Source of the DNA: Camelus dromedarius | Lineage: Eukaryota | Direction of reading: 5' to 3' | Length of the DNA stretch: 64,000 nt | Assembly: GCF_036321535.1 (NCBI RefSeq) | Contig: NC_087437.1 | Span: 9,114,001-9,178,000 of the forward strand | In this document: positions 24,576 to 38,487 of the stretch, in pieces | How positions within the stretch are numbered: the first letter of the stretch is position 1 | Layout of the letters: every line of letters begins with the position of its first letter | Position numbers and translations under genes: made by a program | The notes under the pieces: generated by a model | The model's database searches: none | What the model was told of the DNA's origin: nothing | The model's input: the letters and a program-made list of their open reading frames with translations, nothing else

Positions 24576-27519
24576 TAGCATAATTGTTGGGCGAGTTTAT
24601 TAAGGCAGCAATGACGTGAAGTTACCTCACTATGAAACAGATGGTTGGCAGCAACTAGTCGATGTTTCCTGACCCAAATATAACTGACTTTATCAAGCTG
24701 AACGTCGTGGAAAGGGAGGATGACTTAGGGAAACGCACTTTCTAGTCCAAAATATGTGTGTGGTTGGATCGGAAGGCTTCAGATTGTCACCCCAGAACCG
24801 TGTCCTTTGATTATCTGCTGGCACCTTGAGTTACAAGACTCTCGGGCATGGTGGGTGGCAGGCAGGGATATGCAGTGTAGGGGTCCAGGGCGCCCTTTAG
24901 ATTTGGAGCTGGAAATACTTTGTGTGTGCTTTGTCCTTGAAGTGGAATTCAGTGTCAGCTGGGACATGTGAACTCTTTAGAAATTGCCTCAGCAATATAA
25001 TCATAGAAGTTGGCGTCTAACCCCTCCTATTTGGATTGTGGTTGATCTGCATAGTGCTTATATCTATGAAACACAATTTACCTGTCCTTTATTATGGAGA
25101 ATTACGGAGTCATCACAGAAAATGAGAAGTACATACACATATTCCAAGGTGTTTATTTTCTCTATGGAAGAGGCGTGGGATCCACGAATACCAAATTCCA
25201 AACGAATGCATCTTTCACTGGAATAATGTGCTATCCATTACAGAAGATTGCTGCCAAAGTGGAAAAACCCCTTTGTGCAGAAAAAGCCCTGTCACAGTGG
25301 TGATGGGACTCCAGGGTTGTGTATTCTGCCAAAGGTACGAAGGAAGACGACTAAAAGATGCTGGAACAAGTGGCTCTTTTAGACACTGGGTTAGTGTACA
25401 CGAGAATCATCAAGAGAGTTGGAGCCAGCAAAGGCACTGCCTTCTGACTCTTTCTGTGAGGTGCATTATGAGCTTTCCTGGGGATTCTGATGGGAGTGGT
25501 CTATGTACCATATTTGGACAAACACCTCTCAAGGGACTCTTTAGTTGTTAAACAGTTGATACTATTTGTTTTAAATGCTTCAAAACTGTAAAGAATGAAT
25601 TATCTCTTGGCCTTTATGTCATTAGCCCAGATCCTAAGATAAGCTGGTATTCTTGTGCCAGAAAGTGGAAGGCAAATTTGGCCTTGTAAATTTTTCTACC
25701 ATATTTAAGATGTCTGTTTCGTGTCATACGTTTCACCTGCATTGGCTGGAGCCCTTGTTCATGGGGGCAGGGAAATCCCTCATCCAGCAGCCGGGATTTC
25801 CTGGTTTCTGACAGCTGTCAAAGAACTCACTAGTCCATCATGGCGTCTCCGTAGTGCTGAGTAATCGATGACGCTTCTAACATCAATCTTATCACTGCAT
25901 TAAAGCAAATACACTGAAGACCAAATGAAAGGAATCTGTGATCTGAATACAACAGGTATTGCCAAGAGCAGAGGAGGGGTTGATGGCTGGGCATACTTTG
26001 CACTTTGGTCTGAACATCTCAAGTCCTGCCGAAGGAAAGGTGGCGGACAGTGAAATGCTCTGAATCTGAAATAAGCTCAGAATCGTCATCTCATCATCAC
26101 TGTGATCATTGTCAACGTTATTATTCCTCAACAGTGAAAAACTGTGCCCTTCACCTGTACTACAAACAACTTCCAATCATCTATTCTTTAGCTAGATTCT
26201 TGGACATTTTGCTATTCTCCCTGTGAAAGACCCTGATTAAAATTCTTGCATTATGTGTTGGAAAAAAAAATTTGGCATTGAATTCTTGATCTAAGTAATG
26301 ACTCCAAAGCTTACTTACCAGTTATCTTGGGGCAACTGCTCTATCTCTCTGGTTCCATTTATTTTATATTAGTCATACGTGGATTTACTATTTTACCCCC
26401 TGATCATTGATAAGATGAAAAAAAGAATTAAAGCATAGGATTTGGCATAGTGACTCATGCTGAATACATTTTTATTACCTTCCCCTCACTTATCTGCTAC
26501 AGTTTAGGGCACATTAAAACTGCACACTATTAAGGAATGCATGGATGGATGGATGGAGAATGGAAGAATGAATAGGAGATGGAAGAATGGAAAAATAAGA
26601 ACACGGAATAACTTTCTTTATAAGGTAAAATAACAACTATCTTCTTGAAGGAAACTTTGTTTCTTTCCCAAGTAGATTCCCTCAAAAGCAACATGTTTTA
26701 TTAAACAGAAAGTACCATGCAGAAAATTTTACTCTTGGAAGGCTCATTGTATGTCATCTATTTCAACTGGCTCATTTTGTAAATTGGGAAAAGGAGAGTC
26801 AAAAACAAAACAAAACAAAACAAAACTATCCAAACAATTTATCAACCAAACTAGGACATTTTTGAGCTTCAGATGGAGCTCTATTGATGGTTACATCAGC
26901 GCAACAGGTGTTTGTTGGAAGTGTTCCAGGCAAACTAGGATTGCTCATCAGTTTACCCAAAGATGGCCCATGACTTGCCAATGGTCCTAAGAACTGATGG
27001 TAGCCATCTTTTTTTTTCTCAGTTCAGCATTTTTCCTGACCACATCTGTCTCTCTTAATACCTTACCTTTGGATTATATTAAAGATCAAATACTATTTGA
27101 AAGAGCTATTGAAAATATTCAGAGCTTCCCATGAAAACAGTCTGCAGCTGGTCCTCAGCTTTCTTCCCTGGCCCTGTCCTGCTTCCCTCATTCCTCTTCT
27201 CCAGGGAGCACATCCTCTGTTAAAAACAACCTTCATGACAGTCCCACTTCAGACTCCACATCTGGGGGCCCCAACCTAAAACAACAGGATTGAATGTGGG
27301 CTGCAAGGGGTAGAATGTTTGAGAAATAGAAAAGTTGGGGCAAAGATGTGAAGTCTGAAATGGTTGTCTGCCACCTCAAACTTCAGCAATCAAGGTGGAG
27401 CCTTTGGTGGTGCTGGTTGGGCTCAAGAATTAGGGAAGCCCTAAGTTTGTAAATAACCCATTCAAGGTCAGGGTACAGCCTGGATGTGTAAGTTCCCTGG
27501 GAAAGATGAGGTAAGCCTT

Positions 27520-27964
27520 CAGTGGGTTGATCTCTCTCCCCAAAACAGATGTGTTGCATCCTACCTTGAGAACCTGAGAATGTGGTCCTACTTGGAAACA
27601 GGATCTTTGCAGATGTCATTAGTGAAGATGAGGGTGGGTCCTAAATCCAGTGTGACTGGTGTCCTTATAAGAAAAGGAGAAGAGACACAGTCCTGTGGAG
27701 GAAGGCGGTGTGAAGACACAGGGGGAGATCCCCAGTGTGAAAACAAAGGCAGAGGTGGGAATGGACAAGCCAAGGACCGCAGGCAACCCCAGAAAGCTAG
27801 AAGGCATGGAACAGATTCTCCCTTTAAGCCCCTAAGGAGGGACCAATCCTGCTGACACATTGACTTTGGACTTCTAGCTTCCAGAATTGGGAGAGGATGA
27901 ATTTCTATTGTTCTAAGCCATCAGAGTTTATGATAGTTTATTTCAGCAGCCCTAGGAAACTGAC
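27520..27964 (+). mobile_element. MaLR LTR, MLT1C-like
   Basis: cctgagaatgtggtcctacttggaaacaggatctttgcagatgtcattag...ccagaaagctagaaggcatggaacagattctccc...agcagccctaggaaactgaca. Confidence 0.85.
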
Positions 27965-29692
27965 ATAGCTAGTATGCGATGGCAACAATTCGGCATAACC
28001 TGTGCTTTTCTTAATGAATCTGGAAAAAAATCACATCTGCAGCAGGTGTTGTCAGCAGTTGTGCCCCTGCCTCTCCCACTTCTCACCTAGACAGAATCGA
28101 GAGAGTAGAAAACAGTGGGTGGAAGAGGGTTTGCTTCCTCCTACCCTGTAAAGCATTTTGCTTCCATTGAATCCCACATCTTTAGCTAAATGCATCACAA
28201 ACTTGCAGAGGGGATGTTCGTGTGGTCTTTCTCATCATAACCCAACCCACCTGAAATGCTCTGACAAGCTTGAAAATAATTCCGATTAATGAATAAAACA
28301 CGATAAACTAATAATTAGCACTGGAAGGTGAAGTCTTTAACAGGAAGGTAATTCAGTACTGATCTGATTGTTTTCCCCGGCATCAGACCTTAGCTGACAT
28401 TTGATTTTAGCTCCAGCATAACAATTCCCAGGCTATGTTTAGGAAGACTATGAACAATTTCCTAGGACTTGGCCAGAAGTTATTCACAATGCCTGGATTA
28501 CACACTTTGAAAAATGTGAAGTTGTATGTTAGTCAAGATTCCAAATCCAGCTTTGGCTTGGCCTCCTGGCTTGGAATACTCAACAGAAACTTATGATCAG
28601 CCATGGTGCTCTGTTTCTAAGCAAAACAGCATGAAAGAGATCTTTGCTGTTAGATAATTAGCAATTTAAAAATCACGGATGTTGATCAATGTCGATGAGT
28701 CAGTTCATTGGCCAGGCAGATAATAATGATAGAAACTTTGCACAGTACGGTTAATTCTATATTTTGAATGCTGTTCTTAAATACAGGAAGGAATTATTTC
28801 ACAGGTCAATAATAAAAATATTTTTTGTACAGCTTTTATTCAAACTAGTAATCTGGCAGCTTCCAGGTATTCGGAGGAAAGTTGTATGTGACTCCAAAAA
28901 AAAAAAAGAACCAAAATGGAGCAAAGTTCTGTTCAGAAACATTATTTCTGAATTTTTCTTCATGTTCAAGAAAAGAACATATTATTTCTTCTATTCTTGA
29001 GGAAAGAATAGAAAAGATATGAGCTTGTTTTCATATGAAATATGTTTGATGTTTCTTCCTGAAATCCAATTTCTGTTATTAACTGAAGCCGAACCCTCCG
29101 GAAGGAAAATGCAGAGAGAATGACAGAATCTCCTTTCCAATATAGTCACCCACTGCCTGAATCAAATCTTTCCTGGGCATCAACTCCAAGAAATCCCACA
29201 CACATTCTCATTATTAATTTGCCACTGGTCATATTCTGGTGAAGGGAACCTTTACTGACAATGATGTTTGCAAAATATTGCTCCCTTATGAAACTGCTTA
29301 TCCAAAATGAAAAGCCAAAGCGTTACAAGATGAACCTGGCAACAAGGAACTGGGGGAGAGGATACAGGGATGGAGAGGACCCTAAAGATTAGCTGCCAAA
29401 AGAGTTCATGGTAGGTGAGAGCCAATAACCCAATGATTGCTGGGGACTGGCAGGAAGCAGTTCCTGGGGCCTCTAGAGTGTAGATCACAATAAATTGCAC
29501 TTCCCTGCTTTGTCCACAGGGGGCAGTCAGCTCAATGTATCCAACAGTCACCCTGTATGCAGTACCAGGGCTCTTAGATTTTTCTGATTTTTCATGAGAA
29601 ATCAGAATTTTGAACTTTAAAAAAAATCCTCTTTCTCTTTGAAAAGACACATTTGGGAGCTAATTAAAATTTGTTAAAAAGCTTTGTTCAGG

Positions 29693-29866
29693 CAAACAGA
29701 ACAAAACAAACCCAAAACCCCCCACCAAAGCCCAAAACATCCTTTTTCAGTCCTGTAGAAACATGGACTATTATCCTGCAAACTCTTGTCTGCACTGGGA
29801 TTTTATTTCAGCAAGGGATAACCACTGGGTTTCAAAGTTACAATAAAATAATGATTCTGTCTTACA
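29693..29866 (-). terminator. Candidate distal polyadenylation site
   Basis: On the minus strand: UGUA at 29863-29866 and 29839-29842, AATAAA at 29802-29807, then a strongly G/U-rich downstream element at 29693-29740 (tgttttgggctttggtggggggttttgggtttgttttgttctgtttg). Confidence 0.6.
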
Positions 29867-31648
29867 CGGAATTGAAATGTACCAAGCAGTTAGTTTAAAG
29901 ATGAGAACTCTTGTCTTTCTAACAAGGGAGGACAGAGGGGCGACAGAGGAGGGTCATTTAGAGACGAACAAACACACAGTATTTTACATTTTTTTTCCCC
30001 TGTCAAACAACACATTTCTTTTGAGAAACAGTCATGAGACACATGTTCTGTGAGTCACTAAATGTCTTGGTTGGCACTCGGAACAATTGTGTTATGCAGT
30101 TTTTCTGCACTTCTTGGAATGGCAAAAGGTTCCAAACAAGCAGAGAAGAATATGCAGATTACAAGCTTAATTTGTTCTAATGATCCTCTTCCCAAGAGCC
30201 TTAAAACTTAAGAAAAATATTTCCCAAACTGGATACATTGCCTGTGGGCTATTTACGGATGAGAGGAAACTGAGCAACTGTCTTCATCTCATGAACTAAG
30301 TGAATAATAAAGATGTAAATGAACCAATTTCCTGGAACCACCAGTAATTTTGAAATCGTCAGAGAGACAGGAAAGAATGGCTCTGCATGTTTCCAGGACT
30401 GTTGAAGGAACTAGGGAGCTTGCATCCCATAAAAATACCGCTAGTGTCTTTCTTTTATTGAAACTGAAAACTTCTTAAAGAATTCCTGATTTTTAAAAAA
30501 AAAAAGAGAGAGAGATTAGCTTGTTCACAGCTGCAAGTTTAACTTAGTATAGGTATATGTTTGACATCTTACATTTCCGAGTCAATAAAATTGATAGCAG
30601 CTTCATTCCATATCTTGGAAATTTTTTGCAGATGAGGGGATTTGATTACGGGACTTAGAAGAACAGTGTGGTACCAGTTATGTGGATTGTCCTGATTATT
30701 ATTATGATTTTGAATTTAGGGCTTTAGTGGCACACAAGGGGCCACTCTTTGGGTCTGCAATGAAAATAAGTAATAACAACAACACAAATAATCATAATTC
30801 AGTGCTCAAAATGTAAAACACCTGCAAAGAAATGCTAACTCGACTGTCCGAGTCCACCTGGGGACTTTGATGAAAGGTTGTTCAGCGTGATCTGGCAAGG
30901 TGAAAAGAGCCAGGTCATTTACTGAACACACAGGCTGAGAAGGCGGCACAAATTTGCAACCTGAGCATGTTTGGCTTCTGCAGCCCAAGCCACGTCCCCA
31001 CATGAGCGGATAAAGATGAAGCTGTGGATTCTACCCCAACGAAGCATCACTGTAGCTGACTGATGAATCGGGGACTCCTCTCAGCGTGACTCGTAAGTCA
31101 GTTTTTTAAATCCTTGAATTCATTCTATTTTTTTCCTTTTTTTTGGATAAAATCAAGATAGCCATGTCTTCTGTACCTCTTCAATATTTGTGGTAATGCT
31201 CTTTGGAATATGAGGTTTTACTGTTGCCAGGTACAACCTTATGAAACGTTTTGCCAAGCGGCTGATACTGGACAAAGCCCTACTTGTGTTGTCTAAGTTA
31301 TGAGAACATAAGGGAAGAAAAAAATCACATCAATCATTTTACCTTAAGCTGTCTTCTTTTTCCTGTAGGGTTACAAAATGTGGACAAATCATAGTGTATT
31401 TTCTTGAAATTTGAAAATACTATTCAGTCTTTAAAAATGTTAATGACAAAGCTTCCAATCCAAAGCCTGGTTGTCAAAAACAAATATAGCCTTCAATATG
31501 TGGTCACTAAATGCATGTGGATAAGGCTGTTTTTAGATCTTGAGACTAAGGCTTAAATTGGCTCACGTCAGTAAACAGCCTCAGTAAATACGACTCAATT
31601 CATTTGCTAGAGTCTGTTTGTAGTTCTATTGTTAAGAATAATCATTTA

Positions 31649-31869
31649 GGGTGGGAAGGGATAGACGGGATTTTAAAATTGTAGAATAGATAAACAAGAT
31701 TATACTGTACGGCACAGGGAAATATACACAAGATCTCATGGTAGCTCACAGAGAAAAAAATGTGACAATGAATATATATATGTTCAAGTATAAGTGAAAA
31801 ATTGTGCTCTACACTGGAATTTGACACAACATTGTAAAATGATTATAAATCAATAAAAAATGTTAAAAA
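31649..31869 (+). mobile_element. Young L1 3' end inside the inferred 3' UTR, antisense to ZNF385D
   Basis: gggtgggaagggatagac...gaatagataaacaagattatactgtacggcacaggg...aataaaaaa; TSD aatcattta at 31640-31648 and 31870-31878. Confidence 0.85.
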
Positions 31870-33058
31870 AATCATTTAAAAAATAGCCAAACCTCCCGTT
31901 TTGTGGAAGTTGAATATTATATCATACATTGGCTAATACTAAATTTTCTGTTGAGTGACCACTCTAAGGAAACAACTGAAAATTAATTGTAAAATTCCAG
32001 TAAATTAAACGTCACTATCAGAAATGCTAAATTACCATTAAGCAAGGAAATCTTAGTTGAACTGACATAAGATTTAAATTGATAAAAAAGAAATGGAAAA
32101 AATGTGATTAGTAAATTTCCCAAGAAAGACAATGTTCTCTGCGTGTAACTCCATTTGTGTTTAAGGCAATGTCTCTTAAAACAATCCATCAAGTTTTTTT
32201 CAGGACAAAATTCAATGTCTACTATAGGTACATATAAAGGCGCTCTGGCAGCAGATCAGTTCCATTTTAAATAGTATGTAGGAACATGAACACTAAGTAT
32301 AAAAAGCCTCTTAGAACAATTTTATTGAAATGTATAGAAATTAGCCTTAGATTTTGGAACCAATTTTGAGAGGCAAATGACTTGCCTTTACTAAATTCAG
32401 CCTTTTTTAAAAAAAATTTCACCTTTATTTCATTATTATTTTTTATTTTTTTTCAGAAGGGAATCCTCCAAATATTGAGTTGGCCCAGTTTCCTCACAGA
32501 TAATTTGTGCTGAACCTAGAAACCATGATCATTGTTTTGTGATGTTCAGTTCTGACCAATCCCTTGGTCACAAGGCTTTCCCCCAATATCCAGCACCTCC
32601 ACACATTTTTCCCCATAATCCCTTTACAAAGAAGATGACATCCCATGAAATCCTTCATGATGACTTCATGAAAGCTAAACTTAGTAGAATTTTGAGGACT
32701 TTATTTCTTTTCTCTCTCTAATCATATTAGCACAGTCAACACACACAAAACATCTAACGGAGGGTCTTTACCCAGTATTCGCCCCTTCTGGCCCCAGTGT
32801 CCTACACTGAAATTATACGATACTGTATTTTAAACTGAGTTGACAAATATCCAATAATTCTCACATTTTTATTTGTGGTTAATAAAATTCCACACACTCT
32901 CACCGTGGCTTAAACACTCCGTAACGGTTTCTCAAAGGATTCATGGCTCATTAGATTTGGACAATCAAATAGAGTGGCTTAAAACAAAGTGTTTCTTGGG
33001 GAAAAAAAAATGTAATCTGGGCCCCCAGTAGAGGAATCTCCTTTTTGCTAATTTTCTT

Positions 33059-33062
<4 letters not shown>

Positions 33063-33092
<30 letters not shown>
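33063..33092. repeat. T30 homopolymer (A30 on the mRNA strand)
   Basis: 30 consecutive T counted. Confidence 0.95.
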
Positions 33093-33095
<3 letters not shown>

Positions 33096-36000
33096 ACATC
33101 CTACACACGACCTGGATTTGAAGAAGATTTGACAGGGGTTTGGCTGCTGTAGTCAAAGTCAGTAGCTTGTATGAAATGATACAGTTGCATTACCCAAATC
33201 AAACTACTAGCAGAAGAACTTTACTGGAGAGCATAGTACCTTGGTATTAGATCTGGCAACCCCTCCAGTGTCCTACGATGATTAGGGTTCCCATGTGTGT
33301 AACCAGAGTTCCTTCTCTTAAAGTAAAACCAACCTAACCATTAAGAGAAACAAAGATTTTGAAAAATGATAACAGGGAAAAATGACTTTGAATCTCCTAT
33401 TGTGAAAAATGCCTATTACCTCCATCCTCATTCATACTCATATAGACATAGACGTAGTGATCTTCGACCTGGTCACAAGTGCTTATGTTTATACAAGTGC
33501 TTATGTTTATACTTTTTTTGTTCCCAAATCATTGTAGCTCTACTCTTTGGAAATTGCTTTTAGAGCTGACTTGTGAATCATGAAGAGAGTATGACCCAAG
33601 TTTCTACTGATCCCGTTCTCACCTCGGTCATATATATTCATCGTCAGATCTGACTCCACGTTTTGGCAGTTTCTGGAGTCAACCATCTAGGAAGGTGGCT
33701 TTCCAGCCCTAAGAAGAGGGAGGAGAAGATGCTCAGATTGAAGGCAATTCTTGGTCCTTTCACACCTGAGCACTGATGTGATACAGCTAGGGAATCCTTT
33801 AAACTCTGCGACCCTTTGTAACCTGCATGGACTTTCTAATCACGTTGCGCCTGTGAGGTTTTCCCAGTGTAGAACCCGGCGTCCATCACCATTCGTAACT
33901 CTGCTAAGCAGTAAGTCTATTTCTGGAAGTAACGACCTCGTAGGCCACTCGAGGAGGATGTATCAGCGCATCCATCTTTCATGGAAGCTCGGATACCCCT
34001 CTCAGCACAAGGTAAGTAGGCGATGGAGACTTGCCGCATCCATGATCCATTTCACTGCCTGATGGTCCTCACTGCCGCTACTGAGGACACCACAGAAAGA
34101 CCAGAAGAGATGCTCCAGAAATAAATCTGCCCTTTTAATGAGAACCAACAGCAATCAGTTTGTAAAACACTCACTGTCAGGACTCAGCTTCCCAAGTTCT
34201 TGCTGTAACAATAACAAGAGGGTGTAACTGATATCCTTTGGTTGTGCTGGAAGTGGTCTTAATAAGGTGGCCGTTAGCTAAAACACACGCAAACCCACGA
34301 CAAGATCAGTCCTGCCTCAGATGGGGTCCCTTCCCGCTGCAGGGAGACAGAACTGCAGAAAGAATGAGGAGGAAACACATCTGTTTTCCCCTTCACACCC
34401 ACACTGTCAACTTTCCATTGCTTTTACTGGGGTGGGTATTTATTATTTCAGAATGTATTATGTTTTAGGACTAGAAAATCAATGCAGTCTATCCTAAGTG
34501 ACTTTGTTGTAAACCCAGCGTGAATTAGGAACTCCTCCGATAATCACTGGTGAGGTCTACGTTCTGACCGATGAAGTGCATGACCTCCCGTGAGATGCAT
34601 ACTCAGGAGGGAAAGGAATACAGAACGCTTTTCTGAGCAAATGCAAGTATTTGAGCAGCCATCTGGGGCTCACTATAAAAAAGCGGTTTTGTTCCAAGGG
34701 ATGAGAGACAGCAGAAACAGTTAACCAGCCCAGCCTGTATGCACTCTCACCCACATTACTGATAAAGAAATTAAGGGCAAGGCAGATGTTGACTATTTAA
34801 ATGTTACCCTGCTGGGCAGAGACAAAGTCCACAATAAACTGGCTGTTTCCAGGCTCACTGCTCTTGTCGCCACTCTACGCTGCTTTCCTGTGTACGAGTT
34901 ATCAATGCAATGCCATTTGTGCTAACGAACAGACAGGTAATTCTGCAGGTCAATTCAGACTCCAAGGAAGAGGTCTCTAGACCACTCTAGTCATTGTTGC
35001 GTTTTGTGATTTGATTTCTTCAGGGAAGCTGAAACATGACGTGGGTGTGGAGACAAAGATATCAATTTAAAATTTAATCGTAAGTGAAATTTAATGCTCA
35101 CATCTGTCTACTGTGTAGTGTAGTTCTGGGCCTTAGATGTGTCCATGAGCACGTCCACAATAAACTTTGAATAATCCTGTTTTTATATACCTTTGCATTT
35201 TTACTCCTTTGTTTTATGATTTCCTGCTCTTTTCATTTCCAAATGAGTACATTCTGTTGGCTAAATAGTTTCGTGGCAGCAAAATACGTAGCACCTTTCA
35301 AAAAACCAAATTAGATCTCTGATGGTAACGGCAACGAATTACTGCAATAGATGGATGGAAACCCAACCGCACCTAAAGACTGCAAGCCTTTGAGAGGAGG
35401 CAGTGATGAGATAAATCGCCCAAAGCCAGTCGTGTTTGCTTATGGGAGCAGATCCCCCACTCTTCAAAGTTCAGGACCAGGGAGAGGAGCGATTTGTCAC
35501 TTGGAATCACCTGTTTTCCCAGAAGAGAAACACAGTACCTTCCAAACGACAGTTTGTTTCCACTTGTCCAGATAATCTGGATGAGGTGCAACAATGCTTT
35601 TTCCAGTGGCACTGGACTCTTGCAATGCATTTAGATTTGTTTCCAATGAACACTTCCCTGCCATGGGTGTGATGCGTGGGAAGGGATATATAACCATCAA
35701 ATCAGACCACCCTTGGGGATTTTCCGAGCATCACTGTGGACCAATCTGAATCATTGCTTTTTATTCATGAAAAGAAGTTCCCCAAGGGAAAGGCTAGAGC
35801 TTTATAGCAGTCTGAACAATAACAGATGTGGGTCTGGTGCTGAGAGATACACGGAATGGGGCGGAAACAATTCACAGAGAATCCACTCTGAGTTCTGTGG
35901 TTAGGCTTCATCCTTTATTAGGTAGTGAGTAAGAGACAACTGATGGTTACAACTCCAATGTTAGCGACCATTTAAACAAAAATGGTTCCATAGTGAAGTG

Positions 36001-38487
36001 AGGCAGAAGGGATTCAGGTACTTCTGAGGTTTCTCATATGGCTGATGGAGAAAATATGGCTGATTTGTTTGTTCCCAGCAAATCATGAAAGTTAATAACA
36101 CCTTGTGATCCAGGACTCTCGTAGCCCACAGGCCCTGACCGCTGGTGGCCTGGCTCATTCACTTTGGTGAAAATGGGGAAGAACAGTGGAAGTACATTGT
36201 AGTAAGACTGCATCCATTAACATTAAGTCCTCCAGCAGAAAGAGAGGTTTTAGAGCTGTCAAGTTTGTTGGACAGGGATTCAGGCTGACTTAAGAGTGAA
36301 CAGATGAAAATATTTGATGTGGCAGAAAAAGAAAATGGAAGTTCAGAATGGTCAGAAGCTGGTCACGTGGGGTACAGAGACACAGCCCCAGACAACAAAC
36401 TTGTGGACTCTCTACCTGGCTGAACCGGCAGGGTCTGAGAGTGGGAAAAGGAAGTGCTTGCTAAGACCAGAGGGTAGAGATACTGATAAAGGCAAAATAC
36501 CCTCAAAAACAAATTTCAATTTTAACCTACGTGTTTAACCTACGTGGTTTGAAATCCCTTTTACAAAAGACTGATGGAGCACTTTTCTTTTCCTTCCTCC
36601 CTGCCCTCCTCACTCCTTCCTTCCTTCCTTTTCTGTTTTGGTTGCTTGTTTAACAAAAGATACATAAAGTCAACTGCTTTAAAGGTACGTTTATATGACA
36701 AACGTCTTTAGCTAGATGACAGAGAAGAACTCCAGAGACCATGTGTAATGTTGAGCACCAAGCACGTTATGGGTGTTTCTTAAATATAAAACGACAAATG
36801 CTAAATACCCATCTCTCAAATGGTTTCATCTTGAATCTTGAGACCTCTCCCAAGCTGACTACAATTTAGCTACGAGCAGGTTTCAGGAAGGCCATACCTA
36901 GCCTTTCCCTAGATTTTTAAATAGTCTTTACAAAAACCTTTTCAAAAATATTTTTTTTTCTCTCTAAACCTAAATCTGATAGAGTGGATTCGTACATGTC
37001 TTATCCTTGTTCTAAGTTTGAATGTCATTGTTCTTATTAACGCAACAGGCTGGCTGCATTGAACCCCGCCATAGGGACAGGTACATGTTAGCTTTCTACG
37101 GGAAAAAAAGCAAATAGCCTTTATCACAAATTAAAGGCACAGCTATTTTTATGCCATTTGTTACCAACTTAATGATAACATGTAACATGGGATGGTTATA
37201 TAATTATTTTATATAGATTTTCTTTTTTATAAGTTATTCTCTTAATCTAACATATATACAATATACATATATTTATATATACCCCTGATAAATCTTGTTT
37301 TAAAGGTAAAACATCAACTCCTTTCCAGCCTTATGGTAAATATCGAAGGCTGTCAGGACTTCACAACTCCACTAGAGAAATGATGGTCGAGTGCATCTTA
37401 CCAGTATATATTTTTTTAATTCTATAGCCTTGGTCTGCAATGAATTCAGGCTCATTTTTCTTGTTTCACTAACATTTAAATATATATTAATTGTTTATAT
37501 CATGTCAGTAGGAAATCTATAAAAACAACAACAACAACAAAAAAGCCCCACGAGAGATAATGTCTACCATCCTATTCAAAGGAGAAACCTTTGCCTAAGA
37601 GACAACCCTACTGGTATGATATAAAGGGGATACTGTAGAGATGCAATGTTCTGTGTTTGTATCGGTTATGTACTAACATGGAAAAACTTTACTTTGCATT
37701 CTCATGCTAGGTTAGGAACGCCCCTTTCCCGTGAAACAGAACAGTTGTACGGATTTCCTTCTACACACCCATGATGCCCCAGTTTACCTGTTTTCAGGTA
37801 TAGATTCTTCACAAACACTTCCCTATTTCCAGCAACACTGTTTCAGGGTTGGGGGAAATGTACTTTGTAGGAAACCAACCAGTTTTACTGACCTCTCTCC
37901 CACCTCTATGCCTCGCCCTGTTCTTTTGTTCTGAACTTACAGTCATCTCCAAGCTGGGGAGGAGGGGATAACGTGGACCGGGGACCTTCACCACACCATC
38001 CGGTGTTGTTCGTCTTTTGACTGCTTACTGGCATGACACAGTTGTTCATCCTAACTTTTGCAATTCTTTAAAACCTAGTGGCATAGATTGAGACACAGCA
38101 CTACTGTTTTACAAGACATCTACTGTATCTACTTTTGTTGGGATAAATACCCAGTAACTGCTGTCAGAGCAAGAGGACCTGCACGGGCTCTACTATTCAC
38201 AGTGTTGCTTTTGTTTTTTCCTTTTTTTTTTCTGTATTATTTTAATCTACAGAGTAAATTATTATATACACATTGGAACCAGTTAATGCCCTTAGACAAT
38301 GTATAGTTGTCTCATAAAGCAGGAAATACAATGCAGGGGGAACGAGTGCCCAAAAGCACAGTCACAAAGGCTTCAGAAATTTCTAGACACCACTACGAGT
38401 CAATGCTGGAGATCACTTCTAACACACTCAAGGAAAGTTCCAGAGGAATGCTTCTTTAATTTGGAGAAAATGCCAGCCCTCCCTCCC

